Positions 35,349 through 43,873 of a stretch of DNA of 64,000 bases are shown piece by piece. Source of the stretch: Opitutaceae bacterium (GTDB lineage Bacteria > Verrucomicrobiota > Verrucomicrobiia > Opitutales > Opitutaceae); the NCBI GenBank assembly GCA_035545575.1, contig DASZYB010000045.1, positions 6,030 through 70,029 on the forward strand. The letters run 5' to 3'. The position numbers and the translations under genes are program-made. Below the pieces are notes generated by a model. The model did not search any database. It was not told the origin of the DNA and saw only the letters and a program-made list of their open reading frames with translations. Position 1 is the stretch's first letter; the number at the start of each line of letters is the position of its first letter.

Positions 35349-37950
35349 GAACTTCCTCCTTTTTCGACTGAACGTTGCGCACCGTGCCGCACAACGGCGG
35401 ATCGATGACCGGCGAGTAGAAGCAGAGACTGGAGAACTTCTTTCCATCCGGTTGTTGCTCCGGCATGGGGTAATTCTGGATCGCGGCGCCGACCGACTCT
35501 GGTAGTCCGATATCCGCCGCGATGGCGTCGACATCGGTTCGATCGAACTGCCGCATCAGGAAGAACTGCTTCGAGTTCCCGATCACCGCCGGACGAATCC
35601 GCGTATCCTTGAATTTGCTGTACTGCTGCACGATTGACGCCGTCCAGCAGTTGAACTTCCGGAGCTGCGCGTACGACTCAGCGACGATCTTTTCACCCCC
35701 CGGAACGTCCAGAAACCGCGCGAGTTCCTCGTAGAGGATGCGTTTCCACCGCGGCCGCGGGAGCGAGATGATGTGCTGACGCGTGAACCCAGCGATCAGC
35801 AGCCCCGCCGCCGTCTTCAGATCATTTGCCTGCTCGGGGATGTACCCGAGTTCGAAGTGAGCGATCTGGCCGGTCAGCGAAATGTTCGTCCGCCCATCAA
35901 AGAGCTGACCGTATTGCCCATGCGCCGTCCATGCCGACAACAGCGTCGCGAGATGATCCACTTCGTCCTTTCGGTGCTCTTCGAAACGCGCGAACTGCAT
36001 CAATTCGACCAGGCTGGTGTGAACCGGGTAATCCTCCGACGCATATTCCGCGTGCGCCGTCTGCATGACCATCCGCTCCGTTTGCGGGTTTTTCAGAAAT
36101 GCGGTGATCTGTTCCTCGCTAACCGCGGCGCAGAATTCCAGTACTTCCGCGTCTTCTGCCGCCATCCGGTCGCGCAGTTCCGCGTACGCTTCGACTTCGG
36201 TCGTGCCGGCCGGCATGTGATGCTGCTTCCAGCGATGGGCCGCACAGGCTAGCCGCTGAATGCGGGGTAGCTTGTCCCGATTACGCTTCGACCATTCCTC
36301 AAACGTGTCCTCGTAAAGCTGGTGAATGTACCGGCCGAGAATTGCCTGCCGCACCTGCTGCGTCTCCGCTTCCGGCGCCTCGCCGATCATCCGCGACAAA
36401 AGCGCGATCGCTGTCGCCACCTGCAATTGGGCGAGCGGCATGCCTCCCGTATCGAAGTAGTTGATCGTCAGATCGCCGTCGGGATGCAGGATGATCGGCC
36501 GTTCGCCCATCGCGCGGGTGTAGCTTTCATACGAAAGTCCTTCTTCGATGATGACGGTGTAAGCGAAATTCGGCGCGGTCTGCTCCAGGAAGTCCCGCAT
36601 CTGCATGGACTTTCCCGCACCGGTTGCGCCCAACAGCACCGCATGCTGCGGCGATGGCGGGTTGCCGAGGAACGTCCGGAGCCCGACCAGATTGTTCTGC
36701 GCCCCGTCGTAGATTGCCTCCGCGTCTGCGAGGTGGCCCGTGAATGTTGCCGAGAACGGCAGCATATCGGCGAGAAACGCATCCTCCGCGTACAGGCTGC
36801 GGTGGTAATAGCCACTGTGCGTCCAGCCTGGCCAAGAGGAGAAAAACAGCTTCTTCGCGGTCGAGGGGAGCGCGCACTCGTAGTACTGGGCACCACCAAG
36901 GTTGTTGATCGCGTTCTTGATCGCCGCGCACTTGGCCGAAAGCGCCACTTCGTTTTCGTCCCATACCCGGATCATGAAGGTCGTGTTGAACGGCCGGATG
37001 AATCCGGTCGAAAGCGACTCGATCTTCCGCTCCTTCTTCCCCACCGCGACGAGGAGCGAATGGCGTCCGTTGCCTTGGTACTCGTTTCGCAGTCGCTCGA
37101 CCGCCTTTTCCTCGCGATCGACTTCACGCTTCGGCGGGAGCGGCTCGACGTTACACGTGATCTGATAGTCGAGGAAGGGAAGCCCGGTGAGGCGGTGGAC
37201 GATGCCAGGATAGGTTCGGCTCGGCCAGCGTTTGAGCGTGAAGATCGTGTGGTACCGTCCGTCGAGATAGAACCCGACGTTTTGAACGCCGACACCATCG
37301 GAATTCCAGCAGTTCTCCTGAATCGTCAGCTCCGGATTGAATTGCGCGCTGAAGTCGTGATCGAAGCGTTCCGCGAGTGATGGGTTGAGGAATTTCGAGT
37401 AATAGGTGAAGTGATCGAGGTCGTCCATTGGCGTGACCGTCGTGTCCGGGCCGAAGATCGTCCGCAGCGTCAGGCCGAGCTCATCGAACTGAGACTTGAG
37501 CTGCCCAATCACCCGTTCGTAGAACGCGGCGATGGCGCCCGTCGAGCCAAGCGGAACGCCGGCCGTGGTGACCTCAGTCGAGAGAAACAGGACAAGCTGT
37601 TCGCGCCGCAGCTCGCGTCGTTGCATCATGCACCAGTACCGCTCGAATCGCTCCATGCGGACGCGCTTGATGTGCGGATGCGCGACCATTTCGGTTTCGC
37701 GAAAGTAACGCGTGAGTTCCTGCCGGTAATCCGAGCTGCAGGTCCACTGAAACTGTGCCCAGGTGCGCTCGCCAAGATTCGCGAGCAAGCTCCGGATCTT
37801 GTCCTGGTAGCCATTCAGCGTTGCGATGCTGGCGCCGCGCAGGTCCGGCGGCTGAAGGATGAATCCTTTCGCCGCGGTGCCACCCGTGTGAAGGGGCCCA
37901 AACAGAATCAGCCCCTCGGCGAAGAAACCATTAGGTGGACGCGTGCTCAT
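35329..37950 (-). CDS. trbE: Conjugal transfer ATPase TrbE/VirB4
   Basis: Walker A LLGATGAGKSM. The size (873 aa from ATG 37950) and position after the VirB3-like gene fit VirB4. Confidence 0.9.
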   Translation of the reverse strand: MSTRPPNGFFAEGLILFGPLHTGGTAAKGFILQPPDLRGASIATLNGYQDKIRSLLANLGERTWAQFQWTCSSDYRQELTRYFRETEMVAHPHIKRVRMERFERYWCMMQRRELRREQLVLFLSTEVTTAGVPLGSTGAIAAFYERVIGQLKSQFDELGLTLRTIFGPDTTVTPMDDLDHFTYYSKFLNPSLAERFDHDFSAQFNPELTIQENCWNSDGVGVQNVGFYLDGRYHTIFTLKRWPSRTYPGIVHRLTGLPFLDYQITCNVEPLPPKREVDREEKAVERLRNEYQGNGRHSLLVAVGKKERKIESLSTGFIRPFNTTFMIRVWDENEVALSAKCAAIKNAINNLGGAQYYECALPSTAKKLFFSSWPGWTHSGYYHRSLYAEDAFLADMLPFSATFTGHLADAEAIYDGAQNNLVGLRTFLGNPPSPQHAVLLGATGAGKSMQMRDFLEQTAPNFAYTVIIEEGLSYESYTRAMGERPIILHPDGDLTINYFDTGGMPLAQLQVATAIALLSRMIGEAPEAETQQVRQAILGRYIHQLYEDTFEEWSKRNRDKLPRIQRLACAAHRWKQHHMPAGTTEVEAYAELRDRMAAEDAEVLEFCAAVSEEQITAFLKNPQTERMVMQTAHAEYASEDYPVHTSLVELMQFARFEEHRKDEVDHLATLLSAWTAHGQYGQLFDGRTNISLTGQIAHFELGYIPEQANDLKTAAGLLIAGFTRQHIISLPRPRWKRILYEELARFLDVPGGEKIVAESYAQLRKFNCWTASIVQQYSKFKDTRIRPAVIGNSKQFFLMRQFDRTDVDAIAADIGLPESVGAAIQNYPMPEQQPDGKKFSSLCFYSPVIDPPLCGTVRNVQSKKEEVHEKAAV

Positions 37951-38281
37951 CGCGGTTGCTCCCGAACGCGTGCGGTTGGCTGCCGTGGGCAAGCGACCAG
38001 CCTTCGCGGTTCACGCGTTGCTCGAACCAATCGGCGGCGTAGCCCGCCGGTTTGTTATGGCGAAGAAACACGACCCACGCGGCCGGAACGCCAAACACCG
38101 GCGTGGCGAAAACCAACGCGGCCAAAATGCCGAAGTGAAAAACCGCCGTGCAGACCACGTACAGGCCCATGGCAGCGACCAAAGCAACGAGGACGTAAAC
38201 GAAGTCGTTGCCCTCGAGTCCGAACGCGCGCCCACGGCTGTCATTGACGCTGTTCGTGTCGGTGATCCGAAGCTCGCTCAT
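37931..38281 (-). CDS. trbD: Conjugal transfer protein TrbD/VirB3-like
   Basis: ATG at 38281. Two TM helices (FVYVLVALVAAMGLYVVCTAVF, ILAALVFATPVFGVPAAWVVF). The gene overlaps the trbE start. Confidence 0.65.
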   Translation of the reverse strand: MSELRITDTNSVNDSRGRAFGLEGNDFVYVLVALVAAMGLYVVCTAVFHFGILAALVFATPVFGVPAAWVVFLRHNKPAGYAADWFEQRVNREGWSLAHGSQPHAFGSNRDEHAST

Positions 38282-38283
38282 GA

Positions 38284-38616
38284 TCAGAACTGCGGTGTCA
38301 AAGCACCAGCTTGCATGCCGAAGATCGCAAAGAGCGCGGCCATGATGGACGCCGCACCGGCGATGATGATCCCGGAGACGATGCCCATTTTCCCATCCAC
38401 GTCGCCTTTCGACATCATGTGGGCGCCGCCCCAAATCTTGAGCACGCCCCAGAGAAAGCCGGCGAGAAACAAGACACCCAGCCCGGCTTCGAACGCGTTG
38501 TGGAGGTTGCCCGCCACTTGGGCCAAAAGCGGCGGAGGCAACGTGCCGGCGTTGGCTCCCCGCGTACCGATCAGCATCAGGGCGATGCTCGACCAACCGA
38601 ATCGTGTCATCTTCAT
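38284..38616 (-). CDS. trbC: TrbC/VirB2-like pilin
   Basis: ATG at 38616. A signal-like leader is followed by two hydrophobic helices (GLGVLFLAGFLWGVLKIW, GIVSGIIIAGAASIMAALFAIF). Confidence 0.65.
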   Translation of the reverse strand: MKMTRFGWSSIALMLIGTRGANAGTLPPPLLAQVAGNLHNAFEAGLGVLFLAGFLWGVLKIWGGAHMMSKGDVDGKMGIVSGIIIAGAASIMAALFAIFGMQAGALTPQF

Positions 38617-38705
38617 TTCCGCGAGCGCTTCACAGCCACATGAGCCGTGTTGCACCACACAGACCGCGCGCAAGGCAAAGAAGCAAAGCGAACGCCGCGC
38701 CGTCT

Positions 38706-39644
38706 CTATGATATCTTGGGACGATTCGCGGATTCGACGCGGGCCTGCTGGAGAACCGCGCGCGGCGCATAGCCAAAATGCGTCCGAAACAGGCCGGTGA
38801 AGTGACCTTGATCGAGATATCCAACCAGGCGCGCGACCTCGCCAATAAGGTAATTGCCCGTGCGCAGGAGTTCCTCCGCGCGGACCATCCGCCGGCTGAA
38901 AATATACTCTGACGGCGTGATCCCCATCGCGGCTTTGAACAGCGTGCTGAAGTGCGGCACGGAATAGCCCGCGACGCGGGCAAGATCGTCCACGTGTATA
39001 TCGTACGCCAATTGCGTCCGGACGAACTCCTCCACCTGCTTGATCAAGGCAGCGGTCAACGAGCGTTCGGGCATGGTCACCTCCCGACCGATGATCGCGG
39101 CGATCCGCATGGCCACGCTTTCAGCAACAAGCGCGAGCAGTGGAATTTCATTGGGCTCCGGCGCCAGACAAAGCTGCCGCAGCACATTCGCGAATTGCCA
39201 CACGATCAAATCCTGCGCCGCGCTCGGCGTGGCCACGACCACCGAAGTGCATCGAACCGGTAGTAGCCGGCGGTGCAATCGTTGGTCCACCTGCATCACA
39301 ATCGCGTCGCCTTCACGCCCCCATTCCCACGAATGCAACTGCCCGGGGCCGACCATCACGAGTGCCGGACCAAGCAAGGAGTGTTCGGCGATCGCTCCTC
39401 GTTTCGACCGATACCGCAACAAGCAACTGGCCGGTTCGAACAGGAGCGTCATTTGGAGCGTTTCGTGGGCGTGCTCCGCCACCGCACCGACCGCCGCGCG
39501 ACCGCACGTGACGGACATGTTGCGCCCGCGGATCGGACTTAAATGAACTCCAGGAATTTCCGACGACGGCTCACCCGGTGATCGTCTCAACTCCGATTCT
39601 GTCGTGCTCCCCATAGCCCCTCCCGAAACGGTCCGAACCGACAT
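38706..39644 (-). CDS. AraC-family transcriptional regulator
   Basis: C-terminal double HTH: DDLARVAGYSVPHFSTLFKAAMGITPSEYIFSRRMVRAEELLRTGNYLIGEVARLVGYLDQGHFTGLFRTHFGYAPRAV. Confidence 0.85.
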   Translation of the reverse strand: MSVRTVSGGAMGSTTESELRRSPGEPSSEIPGVHLSPIRGRNMSVTCGRAAVGAVAEHAHETLQMTLLFEPASCLLRYRSKRGAIAEHSLLGPALVMVGPGQLHSWEWGREGDAIVMQVDQRLHRRLLPVRCTSVVVATPSAAQDLIVWQFANVLRQLCLAPEPNEIPLLALVAESVAMRIAAIIGREVTMPERSLTAALIKQVEEFVRTQLAYDIHVDDLARVAGYSVPHFSTLFKAAMGITPSEYIFSRRMVRAEELLRTGNYLIGEVARLVGYLDQGHFTGLFRTHFGYAPRAVLQQARVESANRPKIS

Positions 39645-39722
39645 GTCCGGTTCGCTTGTTGTTCGTCAGGTTAATTGCCATTTCCGCATCAGAAATCCTG
39701 CGCCGGTCGCATTCCGGTGACT

Positions 39723-40109
39723 TTATGACTCCCGGTTGAAGGCTTGGACAATGGCCAACAATCGCGCGGCATCTGGAGATTTTACCACGATGGCGTCGAC
39801 GCCCAGTTCGCGATAACGCTCCGTGTCGGCCCCGCTCAGGGCCGCACTGTACACAATGACACGACCGGCAAAACCCACCTCTCGGAGCCGGGTGACGAGG
39901 CCGACGCCATCGAGGCGCGGCATTTCGTGGTCGGTGACGAGAACGTCGAAGTGCCCCGGAGCCTGGGTCAGCTTGGTCCAGGCGCTTTCGCCGTCCTCGG
40001 CGCGTTCCACCACGTAGCCGGCGGTCCGAAAGACCTTGGCCAAGGCGTCGCCCACCAGCGTGTGGTTATCCACGCACAGGATCGAGAGCGGTTGGTTTTT
40101 CGACGACAC
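39723..40109 (-). CDS. Stand-alone response regulator receiver domain protein
   Basis: GTG at 40109. SILCVDNHTLVGDALAKVFRTAGYVVERAEDGESAWTKL...FDVLVTDHEMPRLDGVGLVTRLRE...VIVYSA fits a CheY-like fold, with the phosphoacceptor Asp in LVTDHEMP. Confidence 0.75.
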   Translation of the reverse strand: MSSKNQPLSILCVDNHTLVGDALAKVFRTAGYVVERAEDGESAWTKLTQAPGHFDVLVTDHEMPRLDGVGLVTRLREVGFAGRVIVYSAALSGADTERYRELGVDAIVVKSPDAARLLAIVQAFNRES

Positions 40110-40127
40110 GATGAGCAGCGTTCGATT

Positions 40128-40149
40128 ATTCTGATACAGAATAATTCTG
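40128..40149. promoter_or_regulatory. Operator-like triple half-site (attctg-ata-cagaat-a-attctg) in a divergent promoter region
   Basis: Two overlapping inverted repeats lie between the response-regulator start (40109) and the XRE gene start (40191), in a locally A/T-rich stretch. Confidence 0.45.
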
Positions 40150-40190
40150 GCCGGGAATAAAAGTAGGATGGGCGCGCCTTCAAGCGCCCC

Positions 40191-40427
40191 TTGAATTCTC
40201 GACGCAAACGACGCAACGTCACCGGCAAAAACATCCACCGCCTGCGAATCGCGGCCAGTCCGAAGATTACGCAGGAAGACATGGTGGGCCGTTTGGCGCG
40301 TCTCGGCGTCGAAATGAATCAGTCGCAGATTGCGAAGATCGAGAGCGGCGATCGGATGATCGCCGACTATGAGCTGATCGCCATCGCGCGGGCCTTGCGG
40401 GTGAAGGTGCAAGATTTGGTCGATTAG
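40191..40427 (+). CDS. XRE-family helix-turn-helix transcriptional regulator
   Basis: GKNIHRLRIAASPKITQEDMVGRLARLGVEMNQSQIAKIESGDRMIADYELIAIARAL is the HTH_3 pattern. TTG start. Confidence 0.75.
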   Translation: MNSRRKRRNVTGKNIHRLRIAASPKITQEDMVGRLARLGVEMNQSQIAKIESGDRMIADYELIAIARALRVKVQDLVD

Positions 40428-41341
40428 GCAGCGGGATTGAGCGCCAGACGGTCACGGGCGGCGGTGATGGTCGCGAGGCCGCGGGCCGGGCCGCCGGAGA
40501 GAAGGGCCGAAGCAATCGCTTCCTGCAGGTGACGCTCGATTGCGCCACGCATCGGGCGCGCGCCAAGGGTCTTGTGGTATCCCTCGCGCACAAGAAATTC
40601 CAGAGCTTCGGGCGCGACGCGGATCGCGTGACCGAGTTCACTCAAGCGAGCGCACTCGGCGGCGACCATCTGCTCGCAGACGGCGCGCTGCGTCAGGTAG
40701 TCCAGCCGCGCGAAAACCACCTTTTCGGTGATGCGCCCGTACAGCTCTGGTCGCAGTTGCTGACTCGCACGCATCAGGACGGTGCGTTTGACTGACGAGA
40801 ACGGCGGCGAAGCCATGCCCATCACTTCGCGCGACCCGATATTACTCGTGAAAACGACGTAGAAGGGGCGGACGTCGACGCTCTCGCCGGTGGCGAGCGT
40901 GATGCGACCGTCCTCCAAAATCTGGAGAAACAGATCGAGCACCAGCGGGTGCGCTTTTTCTAGTTCGTCGAAGAGCAGGATACCCCGCTGGGCCGCGAGT
41001 ACGGCGCAGCCCAGCAGCCCCCGGTCATCGCGGCTCCCTCCGATGAGTTTGTCGACTGAGTGCTGAAGCTGGTACTCCGACATGTCGAAGCGGATCGGCA
41101 GTGCACCGAAGAGATAGTCGGTGAAGACGTTCACGGTTTCCGTTTTTCCGACGCCTGTCGGACCAATGAACAGAAACGAGCCTTTCGGTCGGCGGGGACT
41201 GGTTAAACCCAGCTCACCACGCGTGAGCACCGACGCGACGATTTCGAGCGCCTCGGGCTGCCCGCGAATATGGGCGGCCAGGTGAGCAGGCAGCCTGCGC
41301 AGCCGGGCGGCGGAAGCCGAGTCAGTCAACTCGCATACCAT
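40424..41341 (-). CDS. Stand-alone AAA+ ATPase of the ClpA/ClpB D2 type
   Basis: RRPKGSFLFIGPTGVGKTETVNVFTDYLFG...RFDMSEYQLQHSVDKLIG...GILLFDELEKAHP...GARPMRGAIERHLQ contains Walker A, Walker B, sensor-2 and D2-small motifs. The gene overlaps the T4CP gene by 16 nt. Confidence 0.8.
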   Translation of the reverse strand: MVCELTDSASAARLRRLPAHLAAHIRGQPEALEIVASVLTRGELGLTSPRRPKGSFLFIGPTGVGKTETVNVFTDYLFGALPIRFDMSEYQLQHSVDKLIGGSRDDRGLLGCAVLAAQRGILLFDELEKAHPLVLDLFLQILEDGRITLATGESVDVRPFYVVFTSNIGSREVMGMASPPFSSVKRTVLMRASQQLRPELYGRITEKVVFARLDYLTQRAVCEQMVAAECARLSELGHAIRVAPEALEFLVREGYHKTLGARPMRGAIERHLQEAIASALLSGGPARGLATITAARDRLALNPAA

Positions 41342-42801
41342 GACGGAATCCTCCCATTCGGTTCACGGGGCGGCAGCGTCACCCGCCGGAAGCCTTTCTC
41401 GCAGTGCTGCACGACGGCCTGGAATTTGCGCAGCCGCCGAAATTCATGCGGCTCGATGAAGTATTTCTCGTCGGCGGTCCAGGAACTGGACCGGTGTCCG
41501 CCGGAGTGTCCGTAAGTTCGCTTGCGAATCGTCTTCTTGCCGATGGTGTCGGCGGCGATACGGGCACTGTCCTCGTCGGCCGCCTTGAACGTGATCCGAT
41601 TCGCCATGTTCGCGATGAAAACCTTGGCCTTCTTCTCGTCGCCCATGGGCGGGATGAGCGAGGTGTACGCCTGGGTGTCGCCGATGAACGTCGCCCGTGC
41701 TTCACGAATCACGTCGACCACGTTGTAGTCGCTGAGCCCGTCCTCACTGGCCGTCACCACCTTCTGCGCCTCCCCCGCCCAGAAGATTACGAGGTTGTCC
41801 TTTTCACGCTGGAGAGCCGCCCGATCGAATCGCCGCAACGCATGCGTGTAGAACGCCAGCTTGAGGAGTGTATGAATGTACCGGCGCTCGACGGGGAACC
41901 GCTGCGGCACGGAGACGCAGATGATCTTGCCGCGATCGATGTCCGAGAGCGAAACGGTGGAGGGCTTCTTGGGACAGAAGACGGCGGCGATATCGGGGTG
42001 CGTGAAATACTTCAGGTAATTCGCGACCGTCGTCTTCACGCCACCGAGCTGCTCGGCGGGTTGAGCCAGCAGGTTCGTTTGGTAGTGCGTTGTCAGTTCG
42101 TCGATGTCGGGCGATTCCGATTTTCCGACCATCTCCATCACCTCTTTGAGCAGAGGCTCGGAGGTGAGCAGGTCGTACGTCATCTCCAGTGTGACGGGCA
42201 GACCGACCGTCGCTAGCACGCGTAAGGCGAACTCAATCTGCACCTGCGCCTGCGTTTTGAAGAAGGATTGCTCGGCGCGCTGGCCTTGCGCGGACGCAAC
42301 ATCGCAGATGATCTTCGCCTTCCCGGAATACGGCAGGTACGGGTCTTCGAGAAAGTTGAGCGTGTGGGGCGGTTCCCAGTCGGCGCCTGTGCCATCCGGC
42401 CGCACTTCGAGGACGATCAGATCGTCGGCGCGTCCGACGCGATCGAGCATCGTTGCGAGCGTATGGGCGTAGAGGCCTTTGTCGTCCACACAGACGCCGC
42501 CCCAGTTCGGGCAATTCCGACAGACCTGCCAAAGCATGGTGTTGACGCCCCCGAGCGTTTTGCCGCTCCCGGTTTCGCCGGTGATCAGCCAGCCACGACA
42601 GAAATCCTCGATCGTCCAGCTAAAGCCGGCCAGGCGCAGGATCACCGGCGAGCGTCGGCGCCGAACCGCCATCGCGGAGTAGAGTTGCCAGACCGACAGC
42701 AGCCCACACGCGATGGCGAACGTCCGCGTCGGGGTGCGGGACATCCAGAGGCCGAGCGCGCCGCATGCGCTGGCGATCGCGAGGAACAGGTTCGTCCACA
42801 T
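41326..42801 (-). CDS. Type IV coupling protein (TraD/VirD4/TraG family)
   Basis: Two N-terminal TM helices and Walker A ITGETGSGKTLGG. The C-terminal TraM-recognition-like region includes FWAGEAQK. Confidence 0.8.
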   Translation of the reverse strand: MWTNLFLAIASACGALGLWMSRTPTRTFAIACGLLSVWQLYSAMAVRRRRSPVILRLAGFSWTIEDFCRGWLITGETGSGKTLGGVNTMLWQVCRNCPNWGGVCVDDKGLYAHTLATMLDRVGRADDLIVLEVRPDGTGADWEPPHTLNFLEDPYLPYSGKAKIICDVASAQGQRAEQSFFKTQAQVQIEFALRVLATVGLPVTLEMTYDLLTSEPLLKEVMEMVGKSESPDIDELTTHYQTNLLAQPAEQLGGVKTTVANYLKYFTHPDIAAVFCPKKPSTVSLSDIDRGKIICVSVPQRFPVERRYIHTLLKLAFYTHALRRFDRAALQREKDNLVIFWAGEAQKVVTASEDGLSDYNVVDVIREARATFIGDTQAYTSLIPPMGDEKKAKVFIANMANRITFKAADEDSARIAADTIGKKTIRKRTYGHSGGHRSSSWTADEKYFIEPHEFRRLRKFQAVVQHCEKGFRRVTLPPREPNGRIPSWYAS

Positions 42802-42916
42802 ACCCGAGGCTCACCGTAAGCCCGAAACCACGCCTGCGCCTCGGGCGGTTTGGGACAATGCGCGGATTCTTCGCGACAATTGCTGGATTTCAGCGACGGA
42901 GCGGGGTTAGCGGGAC

Positions 42917-43354
42917 GTGTGCATATGTACACTTGACCTGCCGAGCCGGAGGCGTTCGATGCGATGGATGCCTTGGTTTCGGTTCCTCGATGATGCGCGC
43001 GTGACACTGCCGTTTCGGAACGGCAAGTGCGCACTCAATTTCGCCAACCTTGGCGGCGACGAAGGCTGGGGCTGGGTCGCCTATCGCGAGGGCGAGTACA
43101 ATGCCCGGATCGTGCTCGTCCGGGCCGGCAACGTGGCGGGACTGAATGACGCCTTGCGTATCCACGGCTTCGAAGTGCCGGCAGGCGGTCCGGCGGAGAA
43201 AATCATGCGCGCGGCGGTGAAATGTGGGCACGCGGAGGAGTTGCCGGAGGAGAAACGCTGGCGCGAAGAATTGCTGCGCGCGCGGGCGTTGGCCACACGT
43301 CGTCAAAGCGCGAGTGTCGACGACGTACGGTTCGGAAAACGACAGCGACACTGA
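42917..43354 (+). CDS. Hypothetical protein (start uncertain; alternative ATG at 42959)
   Basis: The plus-strand frame (FANLGGDEGWGWVAYREGEYNARIVLVRAGNVAGLNDALRIHGFEVP) looks more protein-like than the overlapping minus-strand ORF. Confidence 0.35.
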   Translation: MCICTLDLPSRRRSMRWMPWFRFLDDARVTLPFRNGKCALNFANLGGDEGWGWVAYREGEYNARIVLVRAGNVAGLNDALRIHGFEVPAGGPAEKIMRAAVKCGHAEELPEEKRWREELLRARALATRRQSASVDDVRFGKRQRH

Positions 43355-43403
43355 CGCGGGATGCTGCCGCCTGCCCGGCCGCCGAGGATGGTGGCTCGCC
43401 CGT

Positions 43404-43435
43404 CAAGGTCGTGCTCCTGCGTCGCCTCCACCTTG
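43404..43435 (+). repeat. Copy A of a conserved ~31-nt motif (caaggtNgtgctcctgcgtcgcctccacctt)
   Basis: It differs from copy B (53326-53357) at 1 of 31 positions. The ends caaggt/accttg can pair. Confidence 0.7.
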
Positions 43436-43486
43436 ACTGGCGGATCGGAGGGCGGCTGTTCCGGGCAGGTGGGGGTTTGACCGGCG

Positions 43487-43873
43487 TTAAGGAGAACCCG
43501 CGCCGCCGGGTTCGGCGTGGGCGGCCACCGAGATCGCATCGAGAAACGGCTCCGGGTCGGTGCTCTTGGCGTATTTTGTCGGCGCGGGCCGCACCGAGGC
43601 GAGCCGGAGCGTGGCCACGAGATCGGCGAGCGGGCCAAGGCAGCGACCGCGCAACGTGACCACGTGCGAACTGAAGGTCAGCGCCAGCTGCTCGCGGTCG
43701 CCGACCCGCGACAGGTGTCCATTCGCGAGCTGGTGCCAGGGAAAGATCCAGCGCTCATCGTTGGAGGCGATGACGACCAGTGCTGTCGCCTGCGGCTCGA
43801 TTTGGTGGCACAGGTGGCTTTCGCCGTCCGCTTCGCTTCGCCGCCGATCGACGAGTTGTTGGAGCGAACTCAT
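43487..43873 (-). CDS. Hypothetical protein translationally coupled to the relaxase gene
   Basis: The ATG overlaps the relaxase stop (4-nt overlap). 128 aa, no family recognised. Confidence 0.45.
   Translation of the reverse strand: MSSLQQLVDRRRSEADGESHLCHQIEPQATALVVIASNDERWIFPWHQLANGHLSRVGDREQLALTFSSHVVTLRGRCLGPLADLVATLRLASVRPAPTKYAKSTDPEPFLDAISVAAHAEPGGAGSP

Noticed and set aside
36322-37380. 352-aa plus-strand ORF inside trbE/virB4
   Set aside because: It is antisense to the VirB4 gene and is Arg/Glu-rich low-complexity.
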